This document shows, piece by piece, positions 51,401-62,979 of a DNA stretch of 64,000 nt (position 1 is its first letter; each line of letters begins with the position of its first letter). A program made the translations under genes and the position numbers. Source of the DNA: Guillardia theta CCMP2712 (taxonomy: Eukaryota; Protista; Cryptophyta); contig NW_005434668.1 in NCBI RefSeq assembly GCF_000315625.1, positions 874,533 to 938,532 on the forward strand. The letters are read 5' to 3'. Below the pieces are notes generated by a model. It made no database searches, was not told the DNA's origin, and worked only from the letters and a program-made list of their open reading frames with translations.

Positions 51401-53615
51401 TCCAACGTTGATCCCCTTGCGGGAGTTTTCATCGGAGGAAGCAACTTCGGGCAGGAGGAGGAGGACGGGGAAGGGGGAGAGGATGGGGAGCAGAGTGGGG
51501 AAGTTCCCCCTACACAGCAGGTGCAGGAGGGTGCGAGGGCTCTAGGGGACTCGACGGGGCTGGAAGCAGCAAACCGAGCGATGCGAACGAGGAGAAATCA
51601 CTGCAGAAGCATCCTTCAGTCAAGGTGCTGCTGCTGCTACTGCTGCTGCTCTTGCCGCTGCTGCCGCTGCCTGTGGTGTTGCTGCATTTGCTGCTGTCGT
51701 GAAACTCGTTCCTCTGCTTCCCTCCTCCTCCTCCTGCTCCTCCTGCTCTCCATGCCCCCCCTCTGGTGCTATTCTTCCTCTTACCACACCTCTTTATCTC
51801 CTCTGGTTCCTTTCCGTAGGTAACCTCCGATCTTCCTGTCTCATCTCGTCCTCCTCCTCCTCGTCCTCGTCCTCCTGCTCCTGCTCATCTGACGCATTGG
51901 CAGCCGATCCTCGCTGCAAGGCTGCATCGCATCCTTCGCGAGCCTCGCTGAGAGGATATCCAAGGAGGAAGAGCACGGGAAGCAGAAGGAGGAGGGAGAG
52001 ATAGCGAGAGAGAGGGAGCAGATTGTCGATCACTTCCTGCGCTCTGCCCTGTCGTTTGCTGCCATGCAGCTTGTGGACGAGGGGTACGAGACGAGGAGCT
52101 CCGTGGAGGAGGGAAAAGGACGATGTCTCCTATCGCAGTTCCCCAGAGCCTCCATCCTCCAGTCTGTGCCGACATCCTGCGGTATCCTCCTCCTCCTCCT
52201 CCTCCTCCTCCTCCTCCTCCTGCTCCTCCTCCTCCTCCTCCTCCTCCTCCTCCTCGTTTCGCCCTTCTTTCTTTCTCCTCCCCTCTACTTCCTTCATCTG
52301 CCTCCTGTCCAGCCCCTCCTCCCTCTTTCTCTTCCTCTCTTCCTCTTTCGTCTCGTCCCTTCTATTCTTCCTTGACATTGCTTGCAGCTTCTCTCCCCAT
52401 CGAGAGCGTTCTCATGCCTGACAGCTTGCTTCCTTTCTCCTGCGGCGGCTGGAAATGCGACGAGGGCACCGAACGCGCGTCCTTCACTATCGTTCTCCCG
52501 CAGCTTGCCAAGGTGATCTAACGAAGAGGACCAGGGGCAGGGGCAGGGGCAGGGGCAGGGGCTGGAGCAGCAGGAGGATATGTTGTAGTGTTGGTGGGTG
52601 GAGCGCGAGGAGGAAAGGAGGGGGGCTGTTTCAAATTCTCCTGAACGACCTCCAGGTCACGGAGATTCAATTGCTAGTGTGCGGAAGCAGCGAGGAGGAG
52701 GGGATGAGGAGGGAGGAAGCCCCACGAATCTCCATGACCCTCCAGAACTCAATCTCTGAGAGGAGCAGGGAGATGTGGGAGTGGAACCTGGCCGACTCGT
52801 TCGAGGGGGAGGCGGCCACCCCCGGCACGCTCCTCTCCTTCCTCCCTCCTCCTCCTCCTCCTGGCCAAGACGAGACCTACGGCAAGTTCCTCTTCTGCAG
52901 CCTACAGGTCCCAGCTGGACAACAGCTGAAGCTGGGGAGGCTGCTCGTCTATGGGGAGTGGAAGAAAGAGGTTCTGCTCCTTCTCCTCCTGCTCCTGCTC
53001 CTGCTCCTGCTCCTCCTGCTCCTGCTCCTCCTGCTCCTGCTCCTCCTGCTCCTCCCCATTCCTCTTCTCTTCATCCTCTTGGTCCTTTCTATCCTCCTAG
53101 CTCACCTCTGCTGCCTCCAGGTGTTTCACCCCCCCAGCTCCCTCCTGGGCAGCCCTGAGTGCGTCGCGCAGACTAGCCTCTCCTCCCTCCTCCTCTCCAG
53201 GAGCGGTTTTGCAGCCCTCAAGGCCGTCCGAGCTGTCCTGCGAGAGCAGGGAGCTCCTGCTGGCTTCGGGGGTGTCATCCTCGACTTCGTAGTCGAGCAG
53301 GGGACGTCCATCACAGGCTTCGGGCTCGAGCTCAAGAGCGGGCTCCCCGCCTCTCCCCTCCCAGCTGATGTCCACCTGGTGGTCCACGGAGGAGCAGGAG
53401 GGAACGTGGGAGGGCGGGACGCCAAGGACGCAAAGCTTGACGTCCGTATCCCCCTCACCGCCCCAGGGTCAAAGTTGTTCTACTCCCTACCTGCCCCAGC
53501 TGTTGCCGGGCAGGTGACCTTGGCTCTCGGCCGCTGCTACGATGGGACCTGGAGCTCGAGAGCGATGCTGCACAATCTACGGATACTGCTGTACGGGTTT
53601 AAGGGACAAGAATGA
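44981..53615 (+). CDS. SAC9-like phosphoinositide phosphatase with many repeat-filled introns
   Basis: VDDSSGTLIYQGIPGHD, LPGGH, DLTRPFPS, WNQWLASPFEKAGLRNCCVVLLQG, PGTRYNARG..GNEIESEQ, WRRGTVP, FDWH, catalytic RYNCADSLDRTN, ISVQRRYHNVLSDSERQ and DLPQCEDGT, all colinear with plant SAC9. Confidence 0.88.
46077..46265 (+). repeat. GAT/GGA satellite inside an intron (46077-46323) of the SAC9-like gene
   Basis: Removing GT..AG restores the conserved ANP-G-TRYNARG. Confidence 0.88.
48546..48630. repeat. (TCTTG)n intronic pentanucleotide repeat
   Basis: Read directly from the sequence. Confidence 0.95.
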
Positions 53616-53819
53616 CGGAGAGGAGGAGGAGGAGGAGGAGGAGAAACGAAGGACGACCGAGGAGGGAGGAGAGAGGATAGCGAACATCAGGTAGGAGGAA
53701 GGGGAAGGAAGTCACCATGAAGGAGAGAGGAGGGAGGAGGGAGGAAAGTTTCAGCGAGGACGAGTTTTTCTGATGGAGGGAGCTCTACGAGTGAAAGGAA
53801 GCAAAACTTCATGCCTCGG

Positions 53820-56683
53820 TCATTCGTTACACGTGTCCGGGAAGATGCAGATCTGCAGTCCCGTCGGGATCTTGTCGGCAGGGAGGAAATTTGACAAGTC
53901 GTAGTTAAGACTTCTCAGGTCATCCATCGTCATTCCTGCAGCATCAGTCACGTCATAGTCTCTACTTGCCTCTCCCTTCCTCATGCTCTGCCCTTGATCA
54001 AGTTTCTCCGACATCAGCTGTCTCTCCTCCCCATCTCCCGTCCCCTCCCGCCTCCTGCTCTGTCCTTCTCTCCCTCACCAAACTCCATCGAGATGCTCTG
54101 CATGGTGTCTCCTGCTTGCACGTAGTACAGCCGTCCAATCTGCTTCCTCATCATGCGAGTGGAGGGATGAGAAGGTTGTAGAGAAAAGCACTTGAAGGGG
54201 AGGGGGAAAGAGGGAGGAGAAGCGAGGAGGATGGAGGAGAAACGAAGAGGAGGGAGGAGGGAGGACTTCAACTCTCAGCTAACCTGCACTAGGGATCCTT
54301 CAGCCGGAGTGAAGGACATCAAACCTTGATTCATCGACCAGATCCTTGTGACTTCACGTCAAGGCGCAGGGAAGGAGGGTCAATGGCCGTCGGCCACTCA
54401 CGTCAACCAGTCCCGCCGGAACGTAACGCCGATGGTCTTCATGTCGTCATTGGCTTGCACCAGATATTTACATCTTTCTACAATCACCCTCACACACCTG
54501 CACAAGGACCGTCAGCCTCCCTCCCCTCCCCTTTCCTTGCCCTTTCCTCTTTCCCCCTTTCATCTCCTCTCCTCTCCTCCTCCTCCTCCTCCTCCTCCTC
54601 CTCCGCCGCCGCCGCCGCTTCTTCACCTTGTTGACATCTGAGGAATAATCCCCGGCCCTCCTGCTTGACTCAAGTTGAAGCAGATCACCTCCTCGTACGC
54701 TCCTGCACTGAGAGTGAGAGAAACTATCTGCCTGCATGCTTTCCACCCTCCCTCCCACCCTCCCTCCCTTCTCCCCCTTCTCCCCCTCCTCTCTCCTTCC
54801 CCCTCCTCGTCTTCCTCTCTCACCAAATGAGATGTTGGGGGTCCAGAAGAAGGTTGCTGCTGCCGACACCTCGTGAAGACTCAGCAACCTGCTCAACAAG
54901 TTCAACTCTCACCTTGGCAGCAGGATCAGTCGCCTTGACTCGCTTCTCCGACGCGATCGTGTTTGACATTTCCTGCCCTTTCTTTCAAATCGTGTACAGC
55001 AGCCGAGTCAAGTTTAAAGTAGAGACAGCACCTGGCCAAACTGCAGAGGTCGAGCTGGGAAGATGAGGAGGTTGTCATAGGGGTTGTCGTTGATCCCGTT
55101 GATATCGAACATGTTCATCTTCGCCATGAAGAACCGGAAGACGGAGTTTGCGGGGGGGCTGTCGAAGCTCGGGGCAGGGTTCACAGAGAGCACGAGGAGC
55201 TGGACGCAGTGCTGCCCCGAGGAGAGTTGGAGGGGGAGGGAGTCGACGGCCTCGAAGCACACGAAGTGATGGTTTGCCTGGAGGCAGCTCAGCAGGTGAG
55301 GGGAAGGAGGAGGAGAGCTCGAGCGACCTGAGTGCCGACGGGCGTCCATGCGAAGTCGACGTTCCTGGAGCAACAAGAAAACCCGTCACTGCTCCGAAGG
55401 GTGCTGTAGAGAGGAAGTCACATGGTTGAGTTGCCCGGCGACCCTTCTCGAACGACGTTCCGCAGCTCGGCACCTGCAGGAAGGGAGAAGGAGAGGATGG
55501 ACTTGATCTCTGCTGCGCTCCGGGAAGTGAAGGCCGTCAGAGTGAAAAGAATCTCGTAGCCCAGGTATCCCTCCAGCAGCGGCAGAGCAGCCTCCCTAAC
55601 ACCGTTGTCGTTGAAGATCGTCATGACTGGTTTGCCGAGGATGAAGTAGGGGCGATCAGCTTCGTACTCCGGAGAGACAACCTGAGAGTGAAGTGACGTA
55701 GCGGCAGTCAGCTGGGAAGTCCTGACCTTGAGCATGAAGTCGTAGGGTGTTACGGCTCGTTCTAGCGCTATCTGGGCCACGACAGCGTGATACCCGACCC
55801 CTAGGGCGCTGGTTGGTCGCAGTTTCAGTCGGGCATTCCTCCTTGCAAGTGATGATAGAATACCTTGTGTTGACGACCAAGTACGTGAGGTTTGACATAC
55901 TGTCAAACGACAGGGCAGACGCTGGGGGCAGCTTGGCACTACCCAGCTCCGACCCTGATCCAAACTGCCACGACTGAGCCAAGTCACCTTCATAAGTGTT
56001 CGAAGCCACCAAGACGTTTTGCATGAAGATGCTGGAAGGAGAACACGTCTCAGAAGACCTGAGGCAATGCTCGATAGCAACAGACCTGTGCGCGAGCTCG
56101 ATAACGGGAAGGGAAGACATGATAAGAGACGAGGTATCGTACGCCAGGTTCACTCGTGCTGTGACCTTGAACTGAACCTCCTCTCCCACGCATCTGCAGC
56201 ATCCTGATATGGTTGGCAGCCAGTCGTTGCTGCAGAATCGATCATTGAAGGAAGTCAGAACAGTTGGCTTTACCCTCCATCGTTTGGTCGGTCGTAAGTG
56301 TGCTGAAATATAGTGTACCCGTAGAGATAGTCTTCTTCAAATGAGTACGATGTGACAGTCAATATCAGACTGGAGGATGTGCCGTCCCCCGTCTCAAACA
56401 TGATCGTCTTTGCGTTCCCTAACGAGCTCCTCCAAACTCCAGGAATGCTCACTTGGTCCCCTGTGACTGCCCTGCCATCTTCTCCTCTTCCTGCGAAGAT
56501 GCTCCCTGTTGAGAAAGATCTCTTCCATTCTGTCTTGATAGTGAACTGCACTGTGTACCCCGAAACTAGTCTGTGCGATATGCTACCATACCGAAAATGA
56601 CCCCCTGAACAGTTGAAGAGGGCTCCCTCGACGCATGACAGCAGCGCAAGGAACAAGGCAGGGAGGAGCTGATGTCGCCACAT
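53820..56683 (-). CDS. Secreted multidomain protein with two C-terminal LysM-like domains
   Basis: Signal peptide MWRHQLLPALFLALLSCVEG; beta-rich body; CKYLVQANDDMKTIG and LYYVQAGDTMQSISMEF/GMTMDDLRSLNYDL..IPTGLQICI. Confidence 0.75.
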
Positions 56684-56824
56684 TGTGGCTCATGGGGAGA
56701 GAAGCAAGGTTGTACAAGAGATCCGTTTCATCGTCTCATTTGTCCCATCCCCTCGCCCTCCTCTCCTGCTTCCCTGCCGGGTATGCGAAACAAGCCATGG
56801 CAGGTTCGGTGTATGGGAATGGAT

Positions 56825-56990
56825 CAATGGGTCGGGGTAGTGTGCGGAGGGTACGGGAGCTGTAGGGTATCCACGTATGTATAATAAAGGGTGGGTACTG
56901 AATATATGAAGTCAGGGGTGTTCTCATGCATGCAGGGCGGTAGGTAGGGTGAAAGGGAATGATTGGAAGGGGTCAGGGGGTGGAGGCGGT
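56825..56990 (+). promoter_or_regulatory. GGGTA-rich tract upstream of the LysM gene (G-rich strand opposite to the gene)
   Basis: ggggtag, gggtac, gggtat, gggtgggtac, ggtaggtagggt motifs. Confidence 0.35.
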
Positions 56991-57207
56991 TGATAGAAAA
57001 AAAACATGATGTTTGACAAGCTTGTAGACCAAAGAACCAAACCAATTAAAACCATGAAACACCATAAAAGAAAAACCAAGAAAAGAGAGAAAAAAATATT
57101 GCAGGTAGAGAGTAGATTGTGAGTAGAGGTAGCTTACAAGCAGTGAGGAGTAGATTGTGAGTAGAGGTTGCACAAGTGTCGTCGGAAGTTCAAGTGAAGG
57201 AGATGTG

Positions 57208-60200
57208 TCAGCTGGAAAACAAGACCACAGGAGAGAAGACGAGAGCTCCTGCTCGTGTTCCTGCCCCTCCTTCAGTCCCCGACTCTGTCGAAATCACAGC
57301 AGCTTGTAAGTAGTGTTCTCCTCTTGCCACTGCTAGCTCGAAGCTCCCGGTCATGTGGCGCGTCAAGAGGCCGGGCAGAGGTTGAGAGTACAAAGACTCT
57401 CCATTGACGATCAAAGTACAAGCAAAACGCACGGAGCTTGAATTGTCGGCTCTAGAACTGTCCTGGACCAGTAGCAAGTCCAACCCTACCCCTTGCCAGT
57501 GGAGGCTCAGAGTCTGATCTTGCCCTGTACTTCGGTTTGTTACAAGTTGTAGAGAGATCTCAGTAGGAAAAGGGACTTGCACTGCAAGCTCGATCGCCAA
57601 GATTTTCAACACTCGATCGATGTCCACTAGAAACGAGGAAGATCCCTTTTTTTGGATCCCGTACTGGTACCTTATTGGAAGCAGCCAGGGCCGTAGGCCA
57701 TGTGAAAGGAAGAAGCGATGGTTTGATACTCCTCCACACTTTCCAACCAAGTTCGATTCTCTTGAAGTATCGTCAAGCGGACCACGACAATCTCCGGCGG
57801 GAAACAATTCTATGATCGTCGTTCCCTTGCGGCAAAAGATAACATTTAACATCTTTGAGAGATGCCGGTCAAAGAAAGTGAAATCAGATTCCACATCAAA
57901 CCTGGGAGCCTTGAGCGCCGATGACAAAGTCTGCATTTGCAAGCGCCACAGCAGCTTTGAATAGAGGATGTGTCTTCTCTTCAAAGTTGATCACTTCACA
58001 TCCAGGGCGAATTGGCTTTATAGATTGCTTTCCCCATTCAAAAGACGCCCAGCTGCCCATTCGTTCAGAGTGGATGTTTGGTGGGAAGAAAATGAAAGGT
58101 GTACCTGATTGCGTAAAACAATTCCAATCCATTCATGAGACACCTGTGCCTCCTTGAGCAATCTGTTTTTCTTCCCCTGGCCATGATCACAAATGAAGAC
58201 GGCAAGTCGGACTGGAATTCAAGAGCTTTCCTGCGACGAGAGTGAGGTCTTAAAATGGATCGAGGGGTGCCGGACTTCTTCCATTCAGTCCTCATGAAAA
58301 TCCGATGACTATGCCCACTCTGAAGTGACTCTGCGCATAGTTCACACTTATTCTTTGCTTCTTCCAGCAAGGTAAAACCTGCTAAAATCTTGTTTGGTGG
58401 GAAAAAGGGGGAAAATCTCTTGTACAAATTCCATCGACGTAGCCCATGGACCTGAAAACTAGTCAAGAATGGAAATAACCAAATGTCCGAACGAGTTTAC
58501 CTGGTTGGCAAGGTTCCTATAGATAAGATCTGAAGTCCTCTTGAATTCAAATGGAACAACATCGTCCGCAACGAACAATGAGAGCAAAGTGTTGACAACA
58601 AGCAACTCTCTGACTCGCAAGTATTCACGACAACTTCTTCCGTTCCCTCTCAAGCATTCTGTGTCATAGAAATGAATTTTGTTTTTCCCACCTGTGACCT
58701 GATACAATGATGTCAACACAGCTTCCTTCTCAGAGGTTATCTCATACAATTTCTACAAGCATCACTATGTTGGCATGACTGTTTCCCTCCAAAACGATAT
58801 CAAAATTGAAATCTAGCGAGTTGATCGCATAGCTTAGACGGAATAGCAAATCATGCACAAAATGTCCCCAGAACCAGCCCATGTTTGCAAGCAAGGATAG
58901 AGCTCTAGATACATGCCTGTCAACGGGTGAGAAATTAGATCATAGCATGTCAATGTACCTTATTGCGTTGTCAGAATCCTCCAATAGGCATCCTTCTGGC
59001 ACGTCCGGGTGCGTTTCATGCTTGTACTTGAATGCTGTCACCTTTTGTGTTGCATTGCAGAAGACTCCATCATGGACAATGGTCATGTTGTCATAAAGAG
59101 CAACGAAAATCCCCTCTGCTGCAACTGAGTGCGATTCTCTGAGATATGGATAATTCTTCAACACGACGTCGCAGTCATCTTCCAGGCAGCTGACTCTCCC
59201 AAGTCTGTATTGGCTCCTGTCCCAAGTAGATTTATGGATCACGTCCAGAGGGACCTGAGCACCTTCATGGTATATCGTCAACCTCTCACGAGCAGCATTC
59301 AGCAGGGTGGGCGGAGTGGAATCGGATCTTGTCGCTTCCTCCTCCTCTGCCTTGCAGCGAAACCACCATGGTTGCGATGATTCATACAGAGATTGCATGA
59401 CGTTCCCCATGAACTCTTCTATCGTGTTATGAATGCAGACTTGCTGCATTCCCTGTTTTGCGATAATGTCTCTCTCATCCCCATGCTGTAGGAAGTAATC
59501 AATTATTCCTGTCAAAGATTGATAGTCGCCTGTGTTGTATGTAATGACATGAGTTCCATTCTTCAGGTTCGAGGCAATGGAAGGGTCAAGATTGTGAATC
59601 ACAAAGGTCCCTTCCGAAATTAGTCCGTAAACGTGTCTGATACCCAAGCTTCGAGAAAAGCAATCTCCCTCAAGCTCGCCCGCTAGCTCTGTTACTGTTG
59701 CCACAGCAACCTTTGCTGTCACGAACGATGACTTGTCTGTGAAGCCATCTTCGTCTACAGCAAGAAGCTGAATCCTTTCATGGTAGCGATCTTTCAGGAG
59801 CCAATACAACTCACATGATGCATCTGTCGTGCTCTGATTCGGATCTTTACATTGCTTGTTGACCACCACGAAAGCGACCTCATACTCATGGCCGGAACCA
59901 GGAGATGGGTTAACATGAAGATGATCGCAAGACTGAGATGATATCAGCGGCCCCACGCTCACACACCGCACACAAAAATCCAACCACTCAGTGGCCAGGT
60001 CTGAATCATCTTGATAGTTGGTCGAACACTTCTTCGTTGCGACTGTTTGATACTGCATGGGGTCCGCGTTCTCTTGGTGCAGAATGATTGTGGATATTCC
60101 CAAGCTCCGACATGTCTTCCATACACTCATTAGAACGCACACCTCCTGCTCCTCAACGTTGGACAGGAAGCTGAAGAACAAGAAGTCTGGACGGAAGTTC

Positions 60201-60481
60201 TCAAGAAGTACGTGAAGGGTACCCTCGAGCATCTCGTCGACCTGCACGTGCATGGTCTCTGATATCATCCCCAGCTTTGCAAACGATTGCAGGACAAGCC
60301 TGTCCCTCGACGTGCTGCATATGAAGTCACCCACGAGCAAGACTTTCCAGCTGTTCTGCATCGTGGGTATCGGGGCGCCCATTCTCCCGTATGAGTCCAG
60401 GGCGGATGCGTGGCGAGTGCTGAGGAAAGCATACAGGAGGAGGAGGAGGAGGAGGGATATCAGTTGATCTCTCAGAACCAT
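57208..60481 (-). CDS. Secretory-pathway glycosyltransferase: CgeB/Glyco_trans_1_2-like domain + GT61-like domain + C-terminal beta domain
   Basis: Signal peptide; GTHVITYN..IIDYFLQHGDERDIIAKQG (CgeB-like); FWGHFVHD, ANADFVIGAQGSQ/MLNVIFCRKGTTIIELFP (GT61-like). Confidence 0.7.
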
Positions 60482-60827
60482 CGGGTCACTGCAGCAGCAG
60501 GGAGCGAGCTCATGGCACGCCCCCCTCCCCTGGCGGCTCCCCTGGCGGCTCCCAAGTCAGCATGGGCGGCACCATAAAATTTTTGTTTTGCCAGAGCGCC
60601 ACAAACTCTAGGAAAAGTTCACTTAACTTTGAGTAAAACTTTCCATTTTTAGTACCCACCCCTGCATATCGAACCCCCATCCCCACCCTCCGCTTTGTGT
60701 GCCTCAAAGGTGAATGATTTTCTAAGTCAGATATTAGAATTTTTAGGGTATGTATTGATGTGCCCTTCCCGCCATCAGAAGGCAATAGGTCGGTCCGACG
60801 GGTACGAACGTGGTATCACCTGGTAGC

Positions 60828-61655
60828 ATGCAGACAACAGGAAGGGGTGTTCAGGTATGCGCGCAGTGTTGCCAAACGCTTGATCCTGCTTGCATATTAG
60901 TAGCACATGTTTGCAAGCACAGACTGTGTTCGCAATGCTGGTTCCAACTGGGATCTGATGATGAGGAGAACGAAATTTTCCTTCGTAACTTTTGTGGTGG
61001 TCGTGTGTGTCTGGTTGATAAGAAAATGCAAGAGCTACGGAAGATCTATCAGAAAGCAGAGACTGCATGGAAGCGCAGTGGTTCAGGTGATGCGAGCATT
61101 GAATCATACCTCGACTTTTGCAAGGACAGTCCTACTGGTAAACCATGCATAGATATATATTACCTCCGTCATGTCGACGACTTGGGTGAATTTGCAGACA
61201 CCATACATGTCCTACAGGATGAGATGTCTGAAGGCCTGCCTCAATCCGCGAGTGTGGGTAAACGACCAAGCAGTCTAGACGACTCAACTCAGTTGCAGCC
61301 GGCAGGATCGAATGTCAAAACCCGGAAGGTAAGCAGCAAAGATTTCAGATTCAGTGCTGTGTCTAAACAAAAAGAGAATTGTGCTCCTGGAAATCGGGCT
61401 GGCACCGGCAACGATGCTGTCACCAGCAAGATGACAGAGTTGTTGCATCAGACTGAGCTTGAAAAACAGTCCACCGAACTGGCCATACAGGAAGGAGTCT
61501 TGATGAACACTATGATCAATATATTGGACAAAATGGAGAAGCACAGTCCTGGTAGTATTGCCAGGCAAAAATACGAAGAGATGCTGCAAGACACAGAGAA
61601 TGAAATTGCAGACATTCGTGCGCGTCGCACACAAGCGTATGCCGCAGGTTTATGA
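60828..61655 (+). CDS. Probable Harbinger accessory ORF (Cys-rich N-terminus, coiled-coil C-terminus)
   Basis: Intronless and convergent with the transposase; CAQC..CKHRLCSQC and YQKAETAWKRSG..DFC..IYYL. Confidence 0.55.
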   Translation: MQTTGRGVQVCAQCCQTLDPACILVAHVCKHRLCSQCWFQLGSDDEENEIFLRNFCGGRVCLVDKKMQELRKIYQKAETAWKRSGSGDASIESYLDFCKDSPTGKPCIDIYYLRHVDDLGEFADTIHVLQDEMSEGLPQSASVGKRPSSLDDSTQLQPAGSNVKTRKVSSKDFRFSAVSKQKENCAPGNRAGTGNDAVTSKMTELLHQTELEKQSTELAIQEGVLMNTMINILDKMEKHSPGSIARQKYEEMLQDTENEIADIRARRTQAYAAGL

Positions 61656-61723
61656 CTTTCAACTCTTATCTATCACTCCTTGATAATATGATCGAAGGCA
61701 GTGGAGACTCCAAAGCTGGTGAA

Positions 61724-62910
61724 TCACCCGCGACGTGGTGCTGATGGTCTCGTGATGTTTTGATGTTCTAACTTTAACATTAGATTGGCTCGAATGGACC
61801 GGCTATCAGGTTCGTCAGCTGCATGATCCAAATGTATAGGTGCGCCATGTTCGTTCATCTCCGGACGGTCCTGTGCAGATAGTCTGTCCTTTACATGTAT
61901 ATGCGAACAATGCTCTTCCTCAATTATTATATCATAAAGAGGGGCCGCATACTCAGTCCCTTTCTAGTATGAAGTTGTGAAGTTGGAAGCAAACACCAAT
62001 CACAGATATTGCAATTTCCGTAGAGTCAGTCCGTAGACCCCGCCAGAACACACCCCATCGATTGATCAACATTCCAAATGCGCATTCAATGTTGATCCGA
62101 AGTTGCGATTGATGAAAATTGTAGCTATCTTGCCAAACAGGAAGTCTCACTCCGTCGAACGGGGTGATGATACCCGGGACACCTTTGTATGCAGCATCAC
62201 CTACAAGGTACATACCTTCACGATGAATATTGATTGAAGCAAGGTGTGCAGCCAAGTTCCCTTTTGAGAATGCCATGCTGTCATGTGTACTTCCAGGGCT
62301 CTCTACATTATACCACAAAAATCTCCGACTGGAATCACATACGGCCTGAACGTTTAAAGCGAAACAAGACTTTCTGGTCCAATATCGTGCAGCTCTGATA
62401 GCCTCTGGCCCCTTCACACAGTGGAGTTCGATCAAGATACCATCAACTGCTCCAATGCACTTGTCAAAAACTCCATTCGTTGACTTCTGCTTAAATCCTG
62501 ATGCGATGGAGTTGAGTGTAGATTTGTCTGTCAAGCTGGGATATACAATTTGCAACTCTGGACATAGTCGAATGGCAAGCAAAACATTATTCTTGGAGTA
62601 GAAAAAGCCTGTTTGCGATACACCATGAAAGTGATGAATATCAAGATATGACCCACTAGCCAATCAATGAATAGCCATAGACAGCTGCAATTCTGGAGAA
62701 ATTGTTCCATTTGGGCAGCCGTGGTTGCCTTGAAGTTCATCTTAACAATGTCAAAAGCTGGAAGAAAGAACCTTTTGTCATTCGGTAGAATACACGAAAT
62801 TGGTGGTCTGATAAATTCCGTACCCAGGTTTCCCAATTCAACCGCTTTCTACCCAATTCAACCGCTTTCTACAATCAGAGTATCCAACACTTGGCCAAAT
62901 TTTCACAGTT
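61724..62910 (-). pseudogene. PIF/Harbinger (DDE_Tnp_4, HARBI1-like) transposase, inactivated
   Basis: FRVFYRMTKGSFFQLL, ISPELQLSMAI.*LASGSYLDI, CIGAVDG, ALNVQAVCD, PGSTHDS, VGDAAY, SQLRINIECAFGMLINRWGVF, LHNF. Contains an in-frame stop, frameshifts and a 20-bp tandem duplication. Confidence 0.92.
62833..62872. repeat. 20-bp perfect tandem duplication (ccaattcaaccgctttctac) in the 5' part of the transposase
   Basis: Read directly from the sequence. Confidence 0.9.
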
Positions 62911-62979
62911 CGAGTCAACACACAACACATGGTTGCATCTTTACGTTTTTCTTCATACCATTTATGTAAGATCTAAACT

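Noticed and set aside
52455-53615. 386-aa ORF with a poly-Leu transmembrane segment as a separate gene
   Set aside because: The poly-Leu is an in-frame CCTGCT-repeat intron; the flanking exons read as the 3' end of the SAC9-like gene
60525-60560. Short direct repeat cctggcggctcc as the transposon TIR/TSD
   Set aside because: The other end of the element is not in the window, so it cannot be verified
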